Source: Leucoraja erinacea (lineage: Eukaryota). From it: DNA of 64,000 nt. This document shows, piece by piece, positions 24,851 to 38,575 of this stretch. Positions within the stretch are counted from its first letter, which is position 1, and each line of letters opens with the position of its first letter. The stretch lies in contig NC_073377.1 in assembly GCF_028641065.1 (NCBI RefSeq), forward strand, positions 51,212,001 through 51,276,000. The letters run 5' to 3'. Position numbers and translations under genes: made by a program. Below the pieces are notes generated by a model. It had not been told where the DNA came from. It searched no databases and saw nothing but the letters and a program-made list of their open reading frames with translations.

Positions 24851-26904
24851 TATTCCTTCACCATCCCTCCTGCTCAAGTAGGACTATGTAGTTTCATTTG
24901 GTTTAGTTTATTGTTGTCACGTGTACCAAATTAGAGTGAAAGGCTTTTTTTGTACGTACTGGACATGAGAGGGAACATTCTATCAAACCCAGCGGTGTTG
25001 AGGTCGTCTTAGCTTGATAGGCAGTGTTGTTGAGGTGCAAAAATAAGCAGCAAAGATTAACTAGCTTCCTCCGCCCACTGGAAGGAGCACTGGTACAAAA
25101 GTAATTGATTCGGAGAAAAGGATACGTTAAAAAAAATTGCTGATAAAAGCAGAAAGGGCTGACATTCGTACATATACTGGAGAGGTCAGAGGTTACAGAT
25201 GGAAAGGGATGATATTACAGGTGTGGCCACATTATTCATCTTTGTACTAACAACACACTCAGTTAAATGGCTGCCTTTCTGATTTCACTCCTGGAAAGAT
25301 GTCAAGTTTCCGTAAGCACTACTTCAAGGTTCTACATCTGCCATCCAAGAGTATAAAGCGGAGCTTGATTGTTTTGAAAACTTCAGAGTGGAAGTGAGTG
25401 CAAGGGAACTCCCTTTTCCTTTCACATATATAAGGTTTATCAAAACATCTACAAAAAGGTCAATGGCGTGATCTGTATAAGATCCTCATTTCAGTCATCA
25501 CTCGGGATAATTGTTGGGAGAACGGAAATGCAGATTTTACTCAAGTGATTTGTGAACAACGCAAGCAAGAACATGTTGTCTATCCGGTCACACCTCTTGC
25601 TTAACATTGCTGCGTTCCATGCCCTTTTTTCAAAGTCGTTAATGGTATGAACTCTTTTCATGACTTCTGAATTGTACTTCCAGTAATCGCTATGCAAAGA
25701 GAAAGCATGTTATAAGCTGGCAAGCTGAAGCAAGCCACTCTCTAGGGTAAACTTCCCAGCCTGTTTTTTCTGCCTGAGGTAAACTGGACAGGGTGGAGAG
25801 GTTTCCTTGCGGGCAGCTTGGAGGATTTCCTTAATTACAGAGCGATGGATGGATTATGCTGCAGTCCCTGAACTTGGTGGGTCTGTGTGAGGGCCAGTTT
25901 ATAGTGATTTAAAAAAACAGCTTAAAGGGAAATATTTTTTGCAATCTTCATAATTTTCTGGCCATATGATCAGTAATAATTCTTTAATGAAACAAAAACA
26001 TGCATTATTCTGCAAAGAGTTTTCTACTGATCATGTGGCCATCAAATTATGAAGATTGTGATAAAATAAATGAAAAATAAAGTTACTCAATTCAAATTGC
26101 AATTAAAGAGAGACTGGAATTTAATTTTTAAATATAGATTCATACAATTAATTATGTGTGGTAAACCAACTGATTTGTGCTTGAAATAAAAACAGAACAT
26201 GCTGGAAACACTTGGCAGGGACACTGAGTTAAGGTTTCAGGTAAAAAACCCTTCATCAGAACCAGAAAGAGAGAATAGATTAGTTGAAGATAGACACAAA
26301 ATGCTGAAGTAACTCAGCGGGACAGGCAGCATCTCTGGAGAGGAGGAATGGGTGATGTTTCGGGTCACAACTCAAATAAATTAGTGAAGCAGGTTAGAGA
26401 GAAAATGGGCAGTTCTGCTGTTGGTTCTCTGTCTGTGGTATTAACTCATTTTTTCCCCCAAAAAAATACCACCCGACCTGCTTGGCAATTCTTACAGCGC
26501 TCCATTTGACAGCTTGTCCTAATATGCTTACTCTCTTTCCAACTTTCCTCATCAGATTATTGACTGTTGGCCTTATCATTATCTTATTAGCACAGTAGCC
26601 CTGACCTCACCCTATCACTAATATCCTGATCATCCTATCTAACAGAGATGTCCAATCCATCCCCTCCCCCCCCCCTCCCCCCCCCCCCCACCCCCCTCCC
26701 CGCCATCTCTGCAGACTAAAACCTGTTGTCTCTTTTTTCACAGATGCTACCTAACATGCTGGGTGTTTCCAGCATTTTCCATTGTTTTAATCTCATAAAC
26801 TGTGCGTAGTTGTATGTTTATTGTGCCCCAGACCCGCTTCCTGATCGCATACATTCTATTTTAAGGCTTCATCCCTTTCCCATCCTATATGTTTGGTTCC
26901 ACAT

Positions 26905-27370
26905 TTGATTCCAGGAATAAATGGGTTAGCATATGATAAGCGTTTGACAGCACTAGGCCTTTACTCACTGGAATTTAGAAGGTTGACGGGGAACCTTATT
27001 GAAACTTACAAAATAAATGAAAGGCATAGATAGCGTGGATGTGGAAAGGACATTTCCACTGGAGGGAGAGTCTTGGACCTGAGGTCATAACCTCAGAATT
27101 AAAGGGCACTTTTTAAAAAGGAGGTGAGGAGGAACTTCTTTAGTCTGAGGGTAGTTAATCTGTGGAACTCATTGCCTCAAAGGGCTGTGGAGGCCAAGAC
27201 AGTGGATATTTTTAAGGCAGAGATAGACAAATTCTTGATTAGAATGGACATCAAGGACTATGGGGAAAAGGAAGGAAAATAGGATTAGGAGGCAGAGATC
27301 AGCCATGATTAAATGATAGACTCGATGGGCTGACTGGCCTAATTCTAATTCTATAATTTGTGAACATGGA
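26905..27370 (+). mobile_element. CR1 LINE 3' fragment
   Basis: ATTCCAGGAAT..GAATTTAGAAGG..GGAACTTCTTTAGTCTGAGGGTAGTTAATCTGTGG; same subfamily as 13253. Confidence 0.85.
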
Positions 27371-27529
27371 TCGTGATCATTCACTGCACTCCCTCTTCCT
27401 TACAATCTTTAAATATGTTCCCAACTCTTCCAATGTGGAATTACTGTAGCATATGGAGCAGTGGAACAATACCTTAATCCTCATCTGATTCTGCTTTTGT
27501 AACCACTTCACAAAAGAGATTCCTAATCT

Positions 27530-28240
27530 GTGGTAATGAAGGCATGTGGTATGTTCGGCTTCACTGGTCGGTGCATTATGAGTCAGGACTTTGGCTAGGC
27601 TGCATTTGGAGTGTGGCATGCATTTCTGGTCACCCCATCACAGAAAGGATACAGACAAGGTTTACCAGAATACTGCCTAGATTATGGGATATTAGCTACA
27701 AGGAGAGGTCAGACACACTTGGATTGTTTTTTTCTAGAACTCCAGAGGTTGAGGGGAGTCCTGATTGAAGTATATAAAACTATGAATCAAGATTCAAGAA
27801 TGTTTTATTGTCATATGTCCCGGAACAATGTCCTGGAGAGCAGAAGGTTAAGGGGGGACCTGATAGAGGTCTTTAAAATGATGAGAGGGATAGACAGAGT
27901 TGATGTGGACAAGCTTTTCCCTTTGAGAATAGGGAAGATTCAAACAAGAGGACATGACTTCAGAATTAAGGGACAGAAGTTTAGGGGTAATATGAGGGGG
28001 AACTTCTTTACGCAGAGAGTGGTGGCGGTGTGGAATGAGCTCCCAGTGGAAGTGGTGGAGGCAGGTTCATTGGTATCATTTAAAAATAAATTGGATAGGC
28101 ATATGGATGAGAAGGGAATGGAGGGTTATGGTATGAGTGCAGGCAGGTGGGACTAAGGGGAAAAAAAATTTGTTCGGCATGGACTTGTAGGGCCGAGAAG
28201 GCCTGTTTCCGTGCTGTAATTGTTATATGGTTATATGGTT
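27530..28240 (+). mobile_element. Composite CR1: old fragment (27530-27785) plus young (ATATGGTT)n-tail copy (27832-28240)
   Basis: ORF 27611-28156 ends ESRRLRGDLIEVFK..TRGHDFRI..WNELP; short Rex-type tail remnant between them. Confidence 0.9.
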
Positions 28241-28284
28241 AACAATGAATAAACACAGTACTCTGTAAATCTCATTATAAACAA

Positions 28285-28536
28285 NNNNNNNNNNNNNNNN
28301 NNNNNNNNNNNNNNNNNNNNNNNNNNNNNNNNNNNNNNNNNNNNNNNNNNNNNNNNNNNNNNNNNNNNNNNNNNNNNNNNNNNNNNNNNNNNNNNNNNNN
28401 NNNNNNNNNNNNNNNNNNNNNNNNNNNNNNNNNNNNNNNNNNNNNNNNNNNNNNNNNNNNNNNNNNNNNNNNNNNNNNNNNNNNNNNNNNNNNNNNNNNN
28501 NNNNNNNNNNNNNNNNNNNNNNNNNNNNNNNNNNNN
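28285..28536. other. Assembly gap
   Basis: Run of N. Confidence 1.
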
Positions 28537-29457
28537 AGGGCATTTAATGGGTTGACAGTCAGAGTATTTTAGTTTAGTTTAGTTTATTGTCATGCGTACC
28601 GAGGTACAGTGAAAAGCTTTTGTTGCATGCTAACCAGTCAGCGGAAAGACAACACATGATTACAATCAAACTATTCACAGTGTACAGATACATGATAAGG
28701 GAATAATATTTAGCGCAAGGTACCATAGTGGTAAAGACAAGAGGGCACAGGTGAGATGTGAAAAGTTTAAGGGATATGTCCAGCTCAACCTAGAATTGGT
28801 TTTAAACTGTTTGAAGAAGTTCAATTGTTTTGGGTCATCTTCTCCCTTTATACAAGTTTCTGAAGAGTCTGCTCTTTCCTTTAGCACAGACTCTCTTTCA
28901 CTGTGTTATCTGCTCTCTACAAGCCTCCTTCTCAACCTCGCTCCCTCCCTCATCATTCCAGTTTTCTCTAGGTTCTGAAACATGGAGTTCAAGTTTTTCA
29001 CTTGAATTAACTTTCCATAAATTTATTTGTGTGTCAATGCCTGCCTCACGAAACCACACATCCTGCAGGATATTGTATTATCAATACTTCTTCTTGTGCT
29101 ACCATTTCACGTCGTTGTAAAGTTACACTTGGTCCTTTATTCCAGACCTACAAGGAAGAGTTTATTTTAACTCCCTCAAGCTGAAGAAGACAAGTAATAA
29201 CATAATGAAAGGCATGGTGGCACATTTTCTGAAAAGTATAATTTTATAAAAATGAACGGTCATTTTTACAAATAGGTAATTTAAAATTTAATTCATCGTT
29301 TTAAATAATAATACCAGTTTTTAAATGTTTGTTGATGATATTTCAGCGAATGTGATTCTTACCCATTTGTCCAAACTTCCTTAATTTTTAAGAAATTTGT
29401 TAACAGCTCCTCCGCAAAATTTGATCAACAGAACTGTTTATTTTCCCGCTATCTAAC

Positions 29458-29760
29458 TTAAAAACAGCAGGAACAGAAGCCGAGAGAACATAACATCTGC
29501 AGGAATAAGGCCCCAAGAGTTTATAAAAAAACTCTGGGAATAGAAGCCCTGGAAGTTAAGCTCAGCAGGAACCGAAGCCTCGAAAATGTAAAGAAAACAG
29601 GAAAAGACACAGGAAGAGTTTAAATCAGCAGCAACAGAAGACCCAAGAATTTATAAACTGGGAAATGGAAGACTTGAATATTTAAGAAAGCAGGAACAGA
29701 GGCCTCAGGGGTAGTATATTAAACATAGCAAGTTCAAATGGAGCAGAAACGGAGGCCACA
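29458..29760. repeat. Degenerate ~31-bp tandem repeat
   Basis: About 9 diverged units resembling TAAANCAGCAGGAACAGAAGCCCCAAGAATT. Confidence 0.7.
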
Positions 29761-30344
29761 TGATTTTCTGACCATTGGGAGTTTATATCGCCTGGCAGTG
29801 GTTTGAAAGTGTGGCAGCAGAACTGAAAAGTGATGTTGACAGGGCCACGTATCTGATTGGCGTAGCCATTGGTGAATACAATCTACTGTCCACTTTGGAA
29901 AGTAAAATATGTCAAGTTAAGTAATTTTGGATGCGTGCAACACATAACCTGTGCTATTGCCATTGCTATTGGTATTGATTTATTATTGTCACATGTACTG
30001 AGATACAGTGAAAAATGTTAGTTCCGTGCTATCCAATAAAACCATAGTATACATGAGTACAATTTTGCCACACAAGTATAACATTTACTGCAATGAGAGT
30101 GTAGTATCAGAGTGTAAAATATAGTATTACAGCATCATAGCATTACAGTTACAAGGCCACTCACAGTTTAGAAAGTATTTGGATGTTATTATAAGTGTAA
30201 TAGTGAGCATTGAAAGTATGCGTGTTCCTGTTATAGTGAAGGGCAAGGCAGGTAGGAGTAAGGAATGAGAAAATTGAGGCACTGGTCAGGAAAAATAAAT
30301 AGGCATGGGTCAGATATTGCTGGGATCAAATGCATCCCGGTAAT

Positions 30345-30660
30345 TATTGAATCAAACAGTCATAGTGTAGAAAGATGTCCATCAACCCAACTTGCCCACA
30401 CCTGCCAATATGCCATATCTACACTGGTCCCACCTGCCTCCACTTGATCCATAACCCTCTAAACATATCCTATCCACGTCCATGTCCAAATGTCTATTAA
30501 ACGGAACGAGCTTCCAGAGGAGATAATACCTGCCTCAACCATCTCCTCTGGCAGCTCATTCCGTATCTACTTCCGTATATACCTACCAACCTTTGTGTAA
30601 AAAAAGTTACCCCTCAAGTTCCTATTAAATCTTTCCACCCATCACCTTAACATTCTTGAT
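30345..30660 (-). mobile_element. CR1 LINE 3' end
   Basis: Matches the 15510 and 32970 tails (CCCAACTTGCCCACACC..CCTGCCTCAACCATCTCCTCTGGCAGC). Confidence 0.8.
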
Positions 30661-30751
30661 AACCAACTCCACTGTCACCAATGTCAACTATTTTGCAGTC
30701 TTCTGCAATCATATTAATCCATTCTTGATATTCTCATCCAAATCATTGATA

Positions 30752-31969
30752 TCTATTTGATCTTCTATCTATCATATATCATGTATAACTGTTAAAACTC
30801 TTATCTTGTGTGTGTGTGTGTGTTTGTGTGTTTGTTTGTTATTACATCCTCGTGAAAAATCTACGCGGTTATGATAAAATATTTACATATTCCGTATGAC
30901 ATTTTCCTCGTTGAGTCAAAAATCAACTTATCGTAAAATGTCATGCTTTATTTCTCGACATTACTGAAAATGTATTAAAAAATTGAATTTAAAACACTTT
31001 ACTCTTAAAATCATTCCTCACAGCATCCAAAACACTTTGATACAAAGTTGCAAGACAGGAACACTGGCAGGAACACTTTTCAACTCAATGGCATCTCACA
31101 GCAAGTGCACCCAACATTTGCAACAATGTTGCCATCATAGCTCCTTGCAGGCCAGGAGGGGGAGGGTCAATTGGTATTGCAATTAGAAGTGCAATTGGGA
31201 TTTTTTTTTCCAACTCCAGTGCTGGGGGAGGCTCACGAGCTATGATCTTTGCTGAGGAGTGCTCGAATCTTATGTTCCGCAACAGGTTGAGGTGGAGGAC
31301 CACGCCTCCCGTGGGGGCTACGGGTGCGTTGGGGGAGCAGATCTGCACTTAGTCTAGCAACTAAAACTCTGATCTTGGGCTCTTCTGGTTTGTGCGTTTT
31401 TTATATTTGCGCGAAAACGGTATACAATAGCGCTACAATTTTTCATCAGCTCACTCAACATTCTCCTGGGCTGCTATTGCAACAAGTTGCATTCTGATCA
31501 GTGGTCTATTGTAAAAGTTAGAGAGGTTTAAAAATCGTTAACACCGTGCATGCGCAGATCGATCTCCTCTTCTGCCAGTTAGCGCCGCACAGATTGGTCC
31601 CTTCTCCTGTCACTCTCGAGGACGATCCGCCCCTTCCTGCACCATCGCATCTTTACTGGAGCTAAAGGACACTGCATGTGGTGGCGGAGGTCTCCATCCG
31701 GACACAATTTTCAAAGGGATCGGAAGCAGAGAGTCTGATCCCGGTGGAGGAGAGCGTCAAGCGCCCGCTGTGAGTCCCAAACGCACCACCATCGCAATAC
31801 CCTGCAGCTCCAGCTCCTTCTCCTCTGGTCCCCCTCGTTGGTTCCTGCACCCCTCCCCCATGACATGCCCCTCCCACCCATGGCTCTTCCTCCATCTTTT
31901 CTCCGTGCTCTCCCCCCCCCACCCCCCTACCTTCACCCGCCCACGCATTGGCGCGGCTGTAACTGCTAG
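30752..31969 (+). mobile_element. Tandem or nested non-autonomous Helitrons
   Basis: A|TCTAT start; first 3' end GTTGGGGGAGCAGATCTGCACTTAGTCTAG (31357) matches the 8830 element; second 5'-like motif AACTAAAACTCTGATCTTG follows; possible second end hairpin CCGCCCA..TGGCGCGG then CTAG|T at 31969. Confidence 0.65.
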
Positions 31970-32185
31970 TGCTTCCGGTTCGAGCCAAGGATTTGAGGCC
32001 TGGCTCTAAGGGCGCCGAGGCTGATGCTGCTCTGAGGCACGCAAGAAGGGAGAGACGCGAAACATCACCTGTCCATTTTCTCCAAAGATGCTGCCTGACC
32101 CACTGAGTCACTCCAGCAATTTGTGTCTATCGTGAGTAGGTTGGGTCTCTACTCAATGGATTTTTGAAGAGTGAGAGGTAAATTA

Positions 32186-32516
32186 TGGGCCTGCCCAACT
32201 TACGCGACTTTTTCGGCGACTGCTGGTACCCGTCACAGGTCACTGCAGGTCACCGAAAATGTTCAATATATTGAAAATCCAGCGGTGACCAGAAAGACGC
32301 AACAACTCTGTGGGCGACTGAGGAGATTACTCACGACCATACAGGCGACATGTCACGGGGCTGAAGCTTGTATGGTCGTGAGTAGTCGCCCAAAGAGTCA
32401 TACCTTGTTCTGGTCGCCGCTGGATTTTCAACGTGTTGGAAATTTTTTGCCGACCTGCTTGACCTATGTCGGGTGCTGGCAATCGCCGAAAAAGTCGCAT
32501 GAGTGGGACAGGCCCA
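32186..32516. mobile_element. PIF/Harbinger-type MITE, copy 4 (331 bp)
   Basis: TTA|TGGGCCTGCCCAACTTACGCGACTTTTTCGGCGA...TCGCCGAAAAAGTCGCATGAGTGGGACAGGCCCA|TTA; largely palindromic; splits an old CR1 (~32133-32800). Confidence 0.92.
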
Positions 32517-32969
32517 TTATTGAAACATCTAAGTCTCCAAAGGTGAATGACTGAATGGATGCGGAGAATATTTCCTCCAGGGAAGGTGCCCACGATGAGG
32601 AGGCAGGGTTCACAAAATGGGACACCCATTTCAAGAAGAATTTGTTCTTCCCAAGAAACGTGATCCTCTGGAATTCTCTACACAGGAAGCAGTGGAGGCA
32701 GAGTCATTCAAAATATATTCAGGCAGAGATTTATAGATTTTTAGATATTAATTAGATTGTTAATTTAGTGCAGAAAAGTGGATATAGGTAAAGGTAAAAG
32801 ATCAGTCATAAAGCCTCCAAAAAAATGGCGTAACTCTGTAAGCAGAAAGTGGCTTTACAAGCAGCACAACAGTAAAGAATCAAAACTTTACTGAATATCA
32901 GATCCATACAAGGATCCATACAGATCCTACAACTGTCCACTCTTGCTCATATTTCTTGAGTTGTTATAA

Positions 32970-34490
32970 TCATAGAATCATAGAGTGATACAGTGTGGAA
33001 ACAGGCCCCTCGGCCCAACTTGCCCATACTGGCCAATATGTTCCAGCATATACTAGTCCCACCTGCCCGTGTTTGGTCCATATCCCTCCAATCCTGTCCT
33101 ATCAATGTATCTGTCTAATTGCTTCTGAAATGTTGGGATAGTCCCTGCCTCAACTACCTCATCTGGCAGCTTGTTCCATAAACCCACCACCCTTTGGGTG
33201 AAAAAGTCAGATTCCTATTAAATCTTTTCCCCTTCACCTATGTTCTCTGGTCCTCAATTCACCTACTCTGGGCAAGAGACTCTGTGCATCTATTCCTCTC
33301 ATGACTTAACACACCTCAATAAGATTACCCCTCATCCTCCTGAGCTCCAAGGAATAGTGTCCCAGCCTACTCAACATCTCCCAATAACTCACACCCTCGA
33401 GTCCTGGCGACATCCTTGTAAATTGTCTCTGTACCATTTCCAGCTTGACAACATCTCTCCTATAGCATGGTGCCCAGAACTGAACACAATACTCTAAATG
33501 CGGCCTCACTAACATCTTATACAACTGCAATATTACCTCCCAACTTTTATACTCTATACTCTGACAGGAAGGTTAATGTGCCAAAAGCCTTTTGGACCAC
33601 CTGATCTATCTGCGACTCCACCTTTAACAAACTATGCACCTGTGCTCCTAGATCCCTCTGCTCTACAACACTCTGCAGAGGCCTACCATTCACTGTGTAG
33701 GTCCTGCCCTTGTTAGACGTCCCAAAATGCAACACCTCACATTTCTCTGTTTTAAATTCCATCAACCATTCCTCTGCCCACCTGGCCAATTGATCCAGAT
33801 CCTGCTGCTCAATCATCTTCACTATTTGCAAAACCACCCACTTTTGTATCATTAGCAAACTTGCTAATCTTGCCGTGTATGTCCTCATCCAAATCATTGA
33901 TGCAGATGACAAACAGTAACGGGCCCCAGCACCGAACCCTGAGGCACACCACTAGACACAGGCCTCCAGTCCGAGAAGCAACCTTCCACCTTCACCCTCT
34001 GCTGATGCCAATTTTCTATCCATTCAGCTATCTCTCCTTGGATCCCATGTTATCTAACCTTCCAGAGCAGCTTACCATGCAAAACCTTGTCAAATGCTTT
34101 GCTGAATTTATACAACATCTACAACCCTGCCCTCATCGACCTTTTGGTCACGTCTTCAAAAAAACTCATTCAGATTTGTGATACATGACCTCCCATGTAC
34201 AAAACCATTCTGACTATCCCTAATCAGCCCTTGTCTGTCTAAATGCCCGTATAACCTATCCCTCAGAATACTCTCGAGTAACTTTCCAACTACAGATGTT
34301 AAGCTCACTGGCCTATAGTTCCCAGCATTTTCCCTGCAGCCCTTCTTGAATAGAGGCACAACATTTGTCACTCTCTAATCTTCCGGCAAACCGTCCTGTA
34401 TTTAAGATTGATTTGTACATCTCAACCAGGACTCCCGCAATTTCCTCTCTGGTTTCCCACAATGTCCTCGGATAAATCTGATCTCGCTTG
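32970..34490 (-). mobile_element. CR1 LINE, frameshifted RT domain to 3' tail
   Basis: ORFs 34156-34371 (NYRPVSLTSVVGKLLE), 33547-33912 and 33306-33530 (LVRPHLEYCVQFWAP). Confidence 0.95.
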
Positions 34491-34579
34491 ATTTGGAGAG
34501 ATCTTAGGTAGATACTAAAAGCAGAAGAATGCTGTGCAAATTGTGACCTACACTCTCAACGTATTATGATTATCAATTA

Positions 34580-34912
34580 GGGCAGCACATTAGCGCAGCG
34601 GTAGAGTTTCTGCCTTACAGCTCCCTTTAACCGGGGTTGATCCCGACTACTGGTGCTGTCTGTATGGAGTTTGTACGTTCTCTCTGTGACCGCGCGTGTT
34701 TTCTCCGGGTGCTCCGGTTTCCTCCCACACTCCAAAAACGTTCACGTTTGTAGATTAATTGGCTTCTGCCGATTGCAAATTGTCCGCAGTGCATAGGATA
34801 ATATTAGTGTACAGGACAAACGTTGGTCAGGGTGGACTCGGTGGGCCGAAAGGCCTGTTTCCGCACTGTATCTCTAGACTAAACTGAACTAAATCTAAGC
34901 TAAACTAAACTG
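34580..34912 (+). mobile_element. V-SINE (HE1-like)
   Basis: GGGCAGCACATTAGCGCAGCGGTAGAG head, V-domain core, (CTAAA)n tail. Confidence 0.9.
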
Positions 34913-34956
34913 TTTTTCAATGTGCAACCAAAGATACGTCTTTATCTGTAGTTGGA

Positions 34957-35256
34957 AAGGGGACATGACTTGAGAATTAAGGGACTGAAGTTTAGGGGTA
35001 ACATGAGGGGGAACTTCTTTACTCAGAGAGTGGTGGCTGTGTGGAATGAGCTTCCAGTGAAGGTGGTGGAGGCAGGTTCGTTTTCATCATTTAAAAATAA
35101 ATTGGATAGTTATATGGACGGGAAGGGAATGGAAGGTTATGGTCTGAGCGCAGGTATATGGGACTAGGGGAGAATATGTGTTCGGCACGGACTAGAAGGG
35201 TCGAGATGGCCTGTTTCCGTGCTGTAATTGTTATATGGTTATATGGTTATATGGTT
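34957..35256 (+). mobile_element. CR1 3' end, (ATATGGTT)n tail
   Basis: Nearly identical by eye to 6600-6898. Confidence 0.95.
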
Positions 35257-36399
35257 TATCTTGACAACAATGCCTTGAGGCAGACAACAAAAACATTCAT
35301 ATCATCAGCCCGTGTTTTTATAGTTCCTTTGATAAACAGCGACATACCATCATATTTACAGGGTGATTACATGCAAATAACTTCTCCTTGCACATTGACA
35401 CATGCTATTTGCCAGCTGGGTTTCGATAGCACTTTTAGAGTACTTTCATGCATATCTGCAAGGGATACAGAAACTAGAGATTAAACCCACGTTTATCTGC
35501 TTCGGTGTAGTAGAAAGCATTCTCGCTTTATCTTAGGTTGGAGGTGCTGAGTCATCAGTTTCCTCAGAAGCACATACCAATCTTTTTCCCATATTGATAT
35601 TTTAATTGGTGCTTTTTAATTATGTTTTTGTGCTTGGTTCTGGTTTCAGGAGATTCCTTGCTTTCCGTAATCACAGCAGTTGATTAGCATTAACATTGTG
35701 GTTTGGTCTGCAGAATGAAGAGAGATTCAGTGCCCAACAGCATGAAACTTACTTCCCCCATTTTTACTTCACTAAAACACAGCAACTTGTCCACATTGCA
35801 TTATTATTTATAACAAATCAGTTTCCCTTTAAGTATATTTACAATATGTATAATGTTACAATATGTTTTTATTCATTTCATATGATCAGCCATGATCATA
35901 TTGAATGGCGGTGCAGGCTCGAAGGGCAAAATGGCCTACTCCTGCACCTATTTTCTATGTTTCTATGTTTCTATTTATCCATAGTCTGTAATCTTTTTTA
36001 TTAAACCTCCTGATGAGGGACTTTGGAGAATTCATATTTTTACTTGTACAGCTTTGTAAATGTCAAAGAATTGGGTTTGAGCAGCATTTGGGTATGAATC
36101 TCGTACACGTTTTACATGTATGAAGATGCGATGATCCTACAAATGGTAAATGTAAGCACAGATTGATATAAATTGTTTCCAGATGCAAGTGTTCAATAAT
36201 ATTGTGCAATGTATTGCAGTTGGTGGATTATTATAGCACAGAAGGATTAATTCACTAGCTCTGACCATAAGGGTAAAATCATTGAACTTCTTGCATATTG
36301 TATCAGGGCCCTGGGCCTGACCACTGACATTGACTACCTGGTCATCTGGACTCACTGAATTAGATGAGTGTCTGAAAGTCCTCATGAAACACAAAATAT

Positions 36400-37900
36400 T
36401 GAACAGTACTGCAGAGGAACAGGCCCTTCAGCCCACATACCAATACTAACTCCTATCTGCCTGCGTATAATCCATATCCTTACACCCTGCATATCAAGTG
36501 TCAAGAGAGTCAAAAGTGGCTTATTGTCCCAGACAGAACAATGAAATTCTTACTTGAAGCAGCACAACAGAATATAAATATACAAAATTATCTTAAATCC
36601 GACCATCATATCTGCCTCAACCAGCACACACAGCAGTGTGTTCTAGTTACTCATCATCCTCTGAGTAAAAATCTTGCCCTGCAAATCTTCTTTAAACATT
36701 TCCCCTCTCATCTTACAGCTATGCCTAATGAGATGAAATAATTTATTTTTCCATCCTGGGAAAAAGGTTCTGACTGCCTGCCCTTTCTATTCCACTCATA
36801 AAAGTCCACACTTCTAACAGTCCTCCCTGCAACCTCAGGCATTCCAGAAAACAATTCAAGTCTGTCCTACCTCTTCCGTCTTAATAAAGGAACAACATTA
36901 GCTACTCTCTAATCTTCGGGGACCTAAGGTTGCACATATTATTCTTCACACTGATTTCACTGTCCACCATGTCCTTCTCCTTGGTGAAAGCAAATGCAAA
37001 GTACACATTTAGAACGTCACCTTGCAATTGGACTCCAAGTGTAAATTTTCTCCTTAAGCGGTCCTACCTTCTCCCTAGTTACCCTTTTCTTCTTAATGTA
37101 AAACAAAAAAGCTTTGGGATTTGCTTTAATCCATCTCACTCAATCCATATCATGGCCACCTTTGCCGCTTCTAATTGCCCGTTTGAATTCTTTCCATTTT
37201 TCTTTATATTTCTCAATGGTCCTGTCGGATTCCATCTCCTTAAACCTTGCATGAGTTTCATTTTTCTTTTTGACAATGTTCACAACCTCTTTGGTCATCC
37301 AAGGTTCCCTTACTTTGCCATCTATATCCCTCATCCTTACTGAAACATACCAATCCTGAACTTTAATCATCAGGCCTTTAAACAAGTCTCACACGTCAAA
37401 TGTGAACCCATCCAATAACTAATGCTCGCAGTCTACTATTTAGAAGTCCTGCCTAATAATGTTGCCTTGCTCCACGGACCTTCCTTCAAGGTCCATCCTT
37501 CTCCCTATGCAAAACAATAATAAAACTTATGGAGTTGTGATAATTTCCCCCAAAATGCTCTTCCATTGTAAAAACAATCGCATGGTGAGGCTCATTTCCC
37601 AACACAAGGTCAAGTATGTTGCCTTCTTAGGTTACACTATCCACAGACTGTTTCAAGAGACCCTCTTGAATACACTGCACAAATTCTGCCCCATCTAAAT
37701 CAAGACCCAATCAATATTGGAGAAGTTAAACTCACTCACTAAGCCAAACCTATTGCTTTGGCATCTTTCTTTAATCAGTCTACATATGTGTTCCTCTATC
37801 TCCTGCATGCTATTGGGGGGGCTACAGTACAGTCTCATTAGAGTGCTTGCACCTTTCTTATTTCTAACCCTGCCTGCCACTGGATGGAATACATCTCTCC
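36400..37900 (-). mobile_element. Old CR1 fragments (3' end 36400-36880; ORF2 endonuclease/linker 36885-37900)
   Basis: YCSPPNS..IEEHIC..FNFSNIDW and REPWMTKEVVNIVKKK in minus ORFs. Confidence 0.75.
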
Positions 37901-38254
37901 TTCCCCCACCTATGCAGCATTGGAAGATGCATGCTGCCGTCCGGTGCCATATTTTTCAGGTCAGAATACTTCTGCAACAATCTCCATCAGCTTCTAAACC
38001 CCGAGACCACAACTTGAAGGGGTGCAGACTGGCATTAACTCATATAGACCAGCTTCTGATGTTGCTAGTCACTCAATTTTAGCTGCCTCTAGGCATAGAA
38101 TCTCTATCAAGCAATAGTTAACATTGACTGCAAACAGGAATCATGCAAAGCTGTAGGCAGAGCAAGACTGCTGTGATACATGCACCAGGAGCATTGGGCA
38201 AAGATTAATTGGGATAATTAGGACTTGGTGCTGGTGTGACTTGGGTGGGGAAGG

Positions 38255-38495
38255 AATGGAGGGAGAGAGAATACAGGGGTTACTTGAAGTTAGAGAAATT
38301 AATACTCATACCACTGGGCTGTACGCAGCCCAAACAAAATATGAGATGCTGTTCCTCCAATTTACATTTAGCCTCACTGACAATGGAGGAGACCTAGGAC
38401 AGAAAGGTGTGTGGGTATGGGAAGGAGAATTAAAGTGTTTAGCAACCAGGAGATCAGGTAGGCCCAAGCTGGACTGAGGGAAGGTGTTCAGCCAA
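38255..38495 (-). mobile_element. Penelope-like GIY-YIG C-terminal fragment
   Basis: Reverse complement of GCTGAACACC..AAACACTTTAATTC..GGAGGAACAGCATCTCATATTT. Confidence 0.75.
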
Positions 38496-38575
38496 ACGTG
38501 TGCATTCTGAACTAATGATTAAAATTCATCCTACATTTTCTGAACTTTATTTCTCTATTTTTTTTTTAAATTTAG

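Noticed and set aside
29458-29760. CRISPR-like periodicity
   Set aside because: Units are contiguous and diverged with no unique spacers or cas genes; vertebrate context
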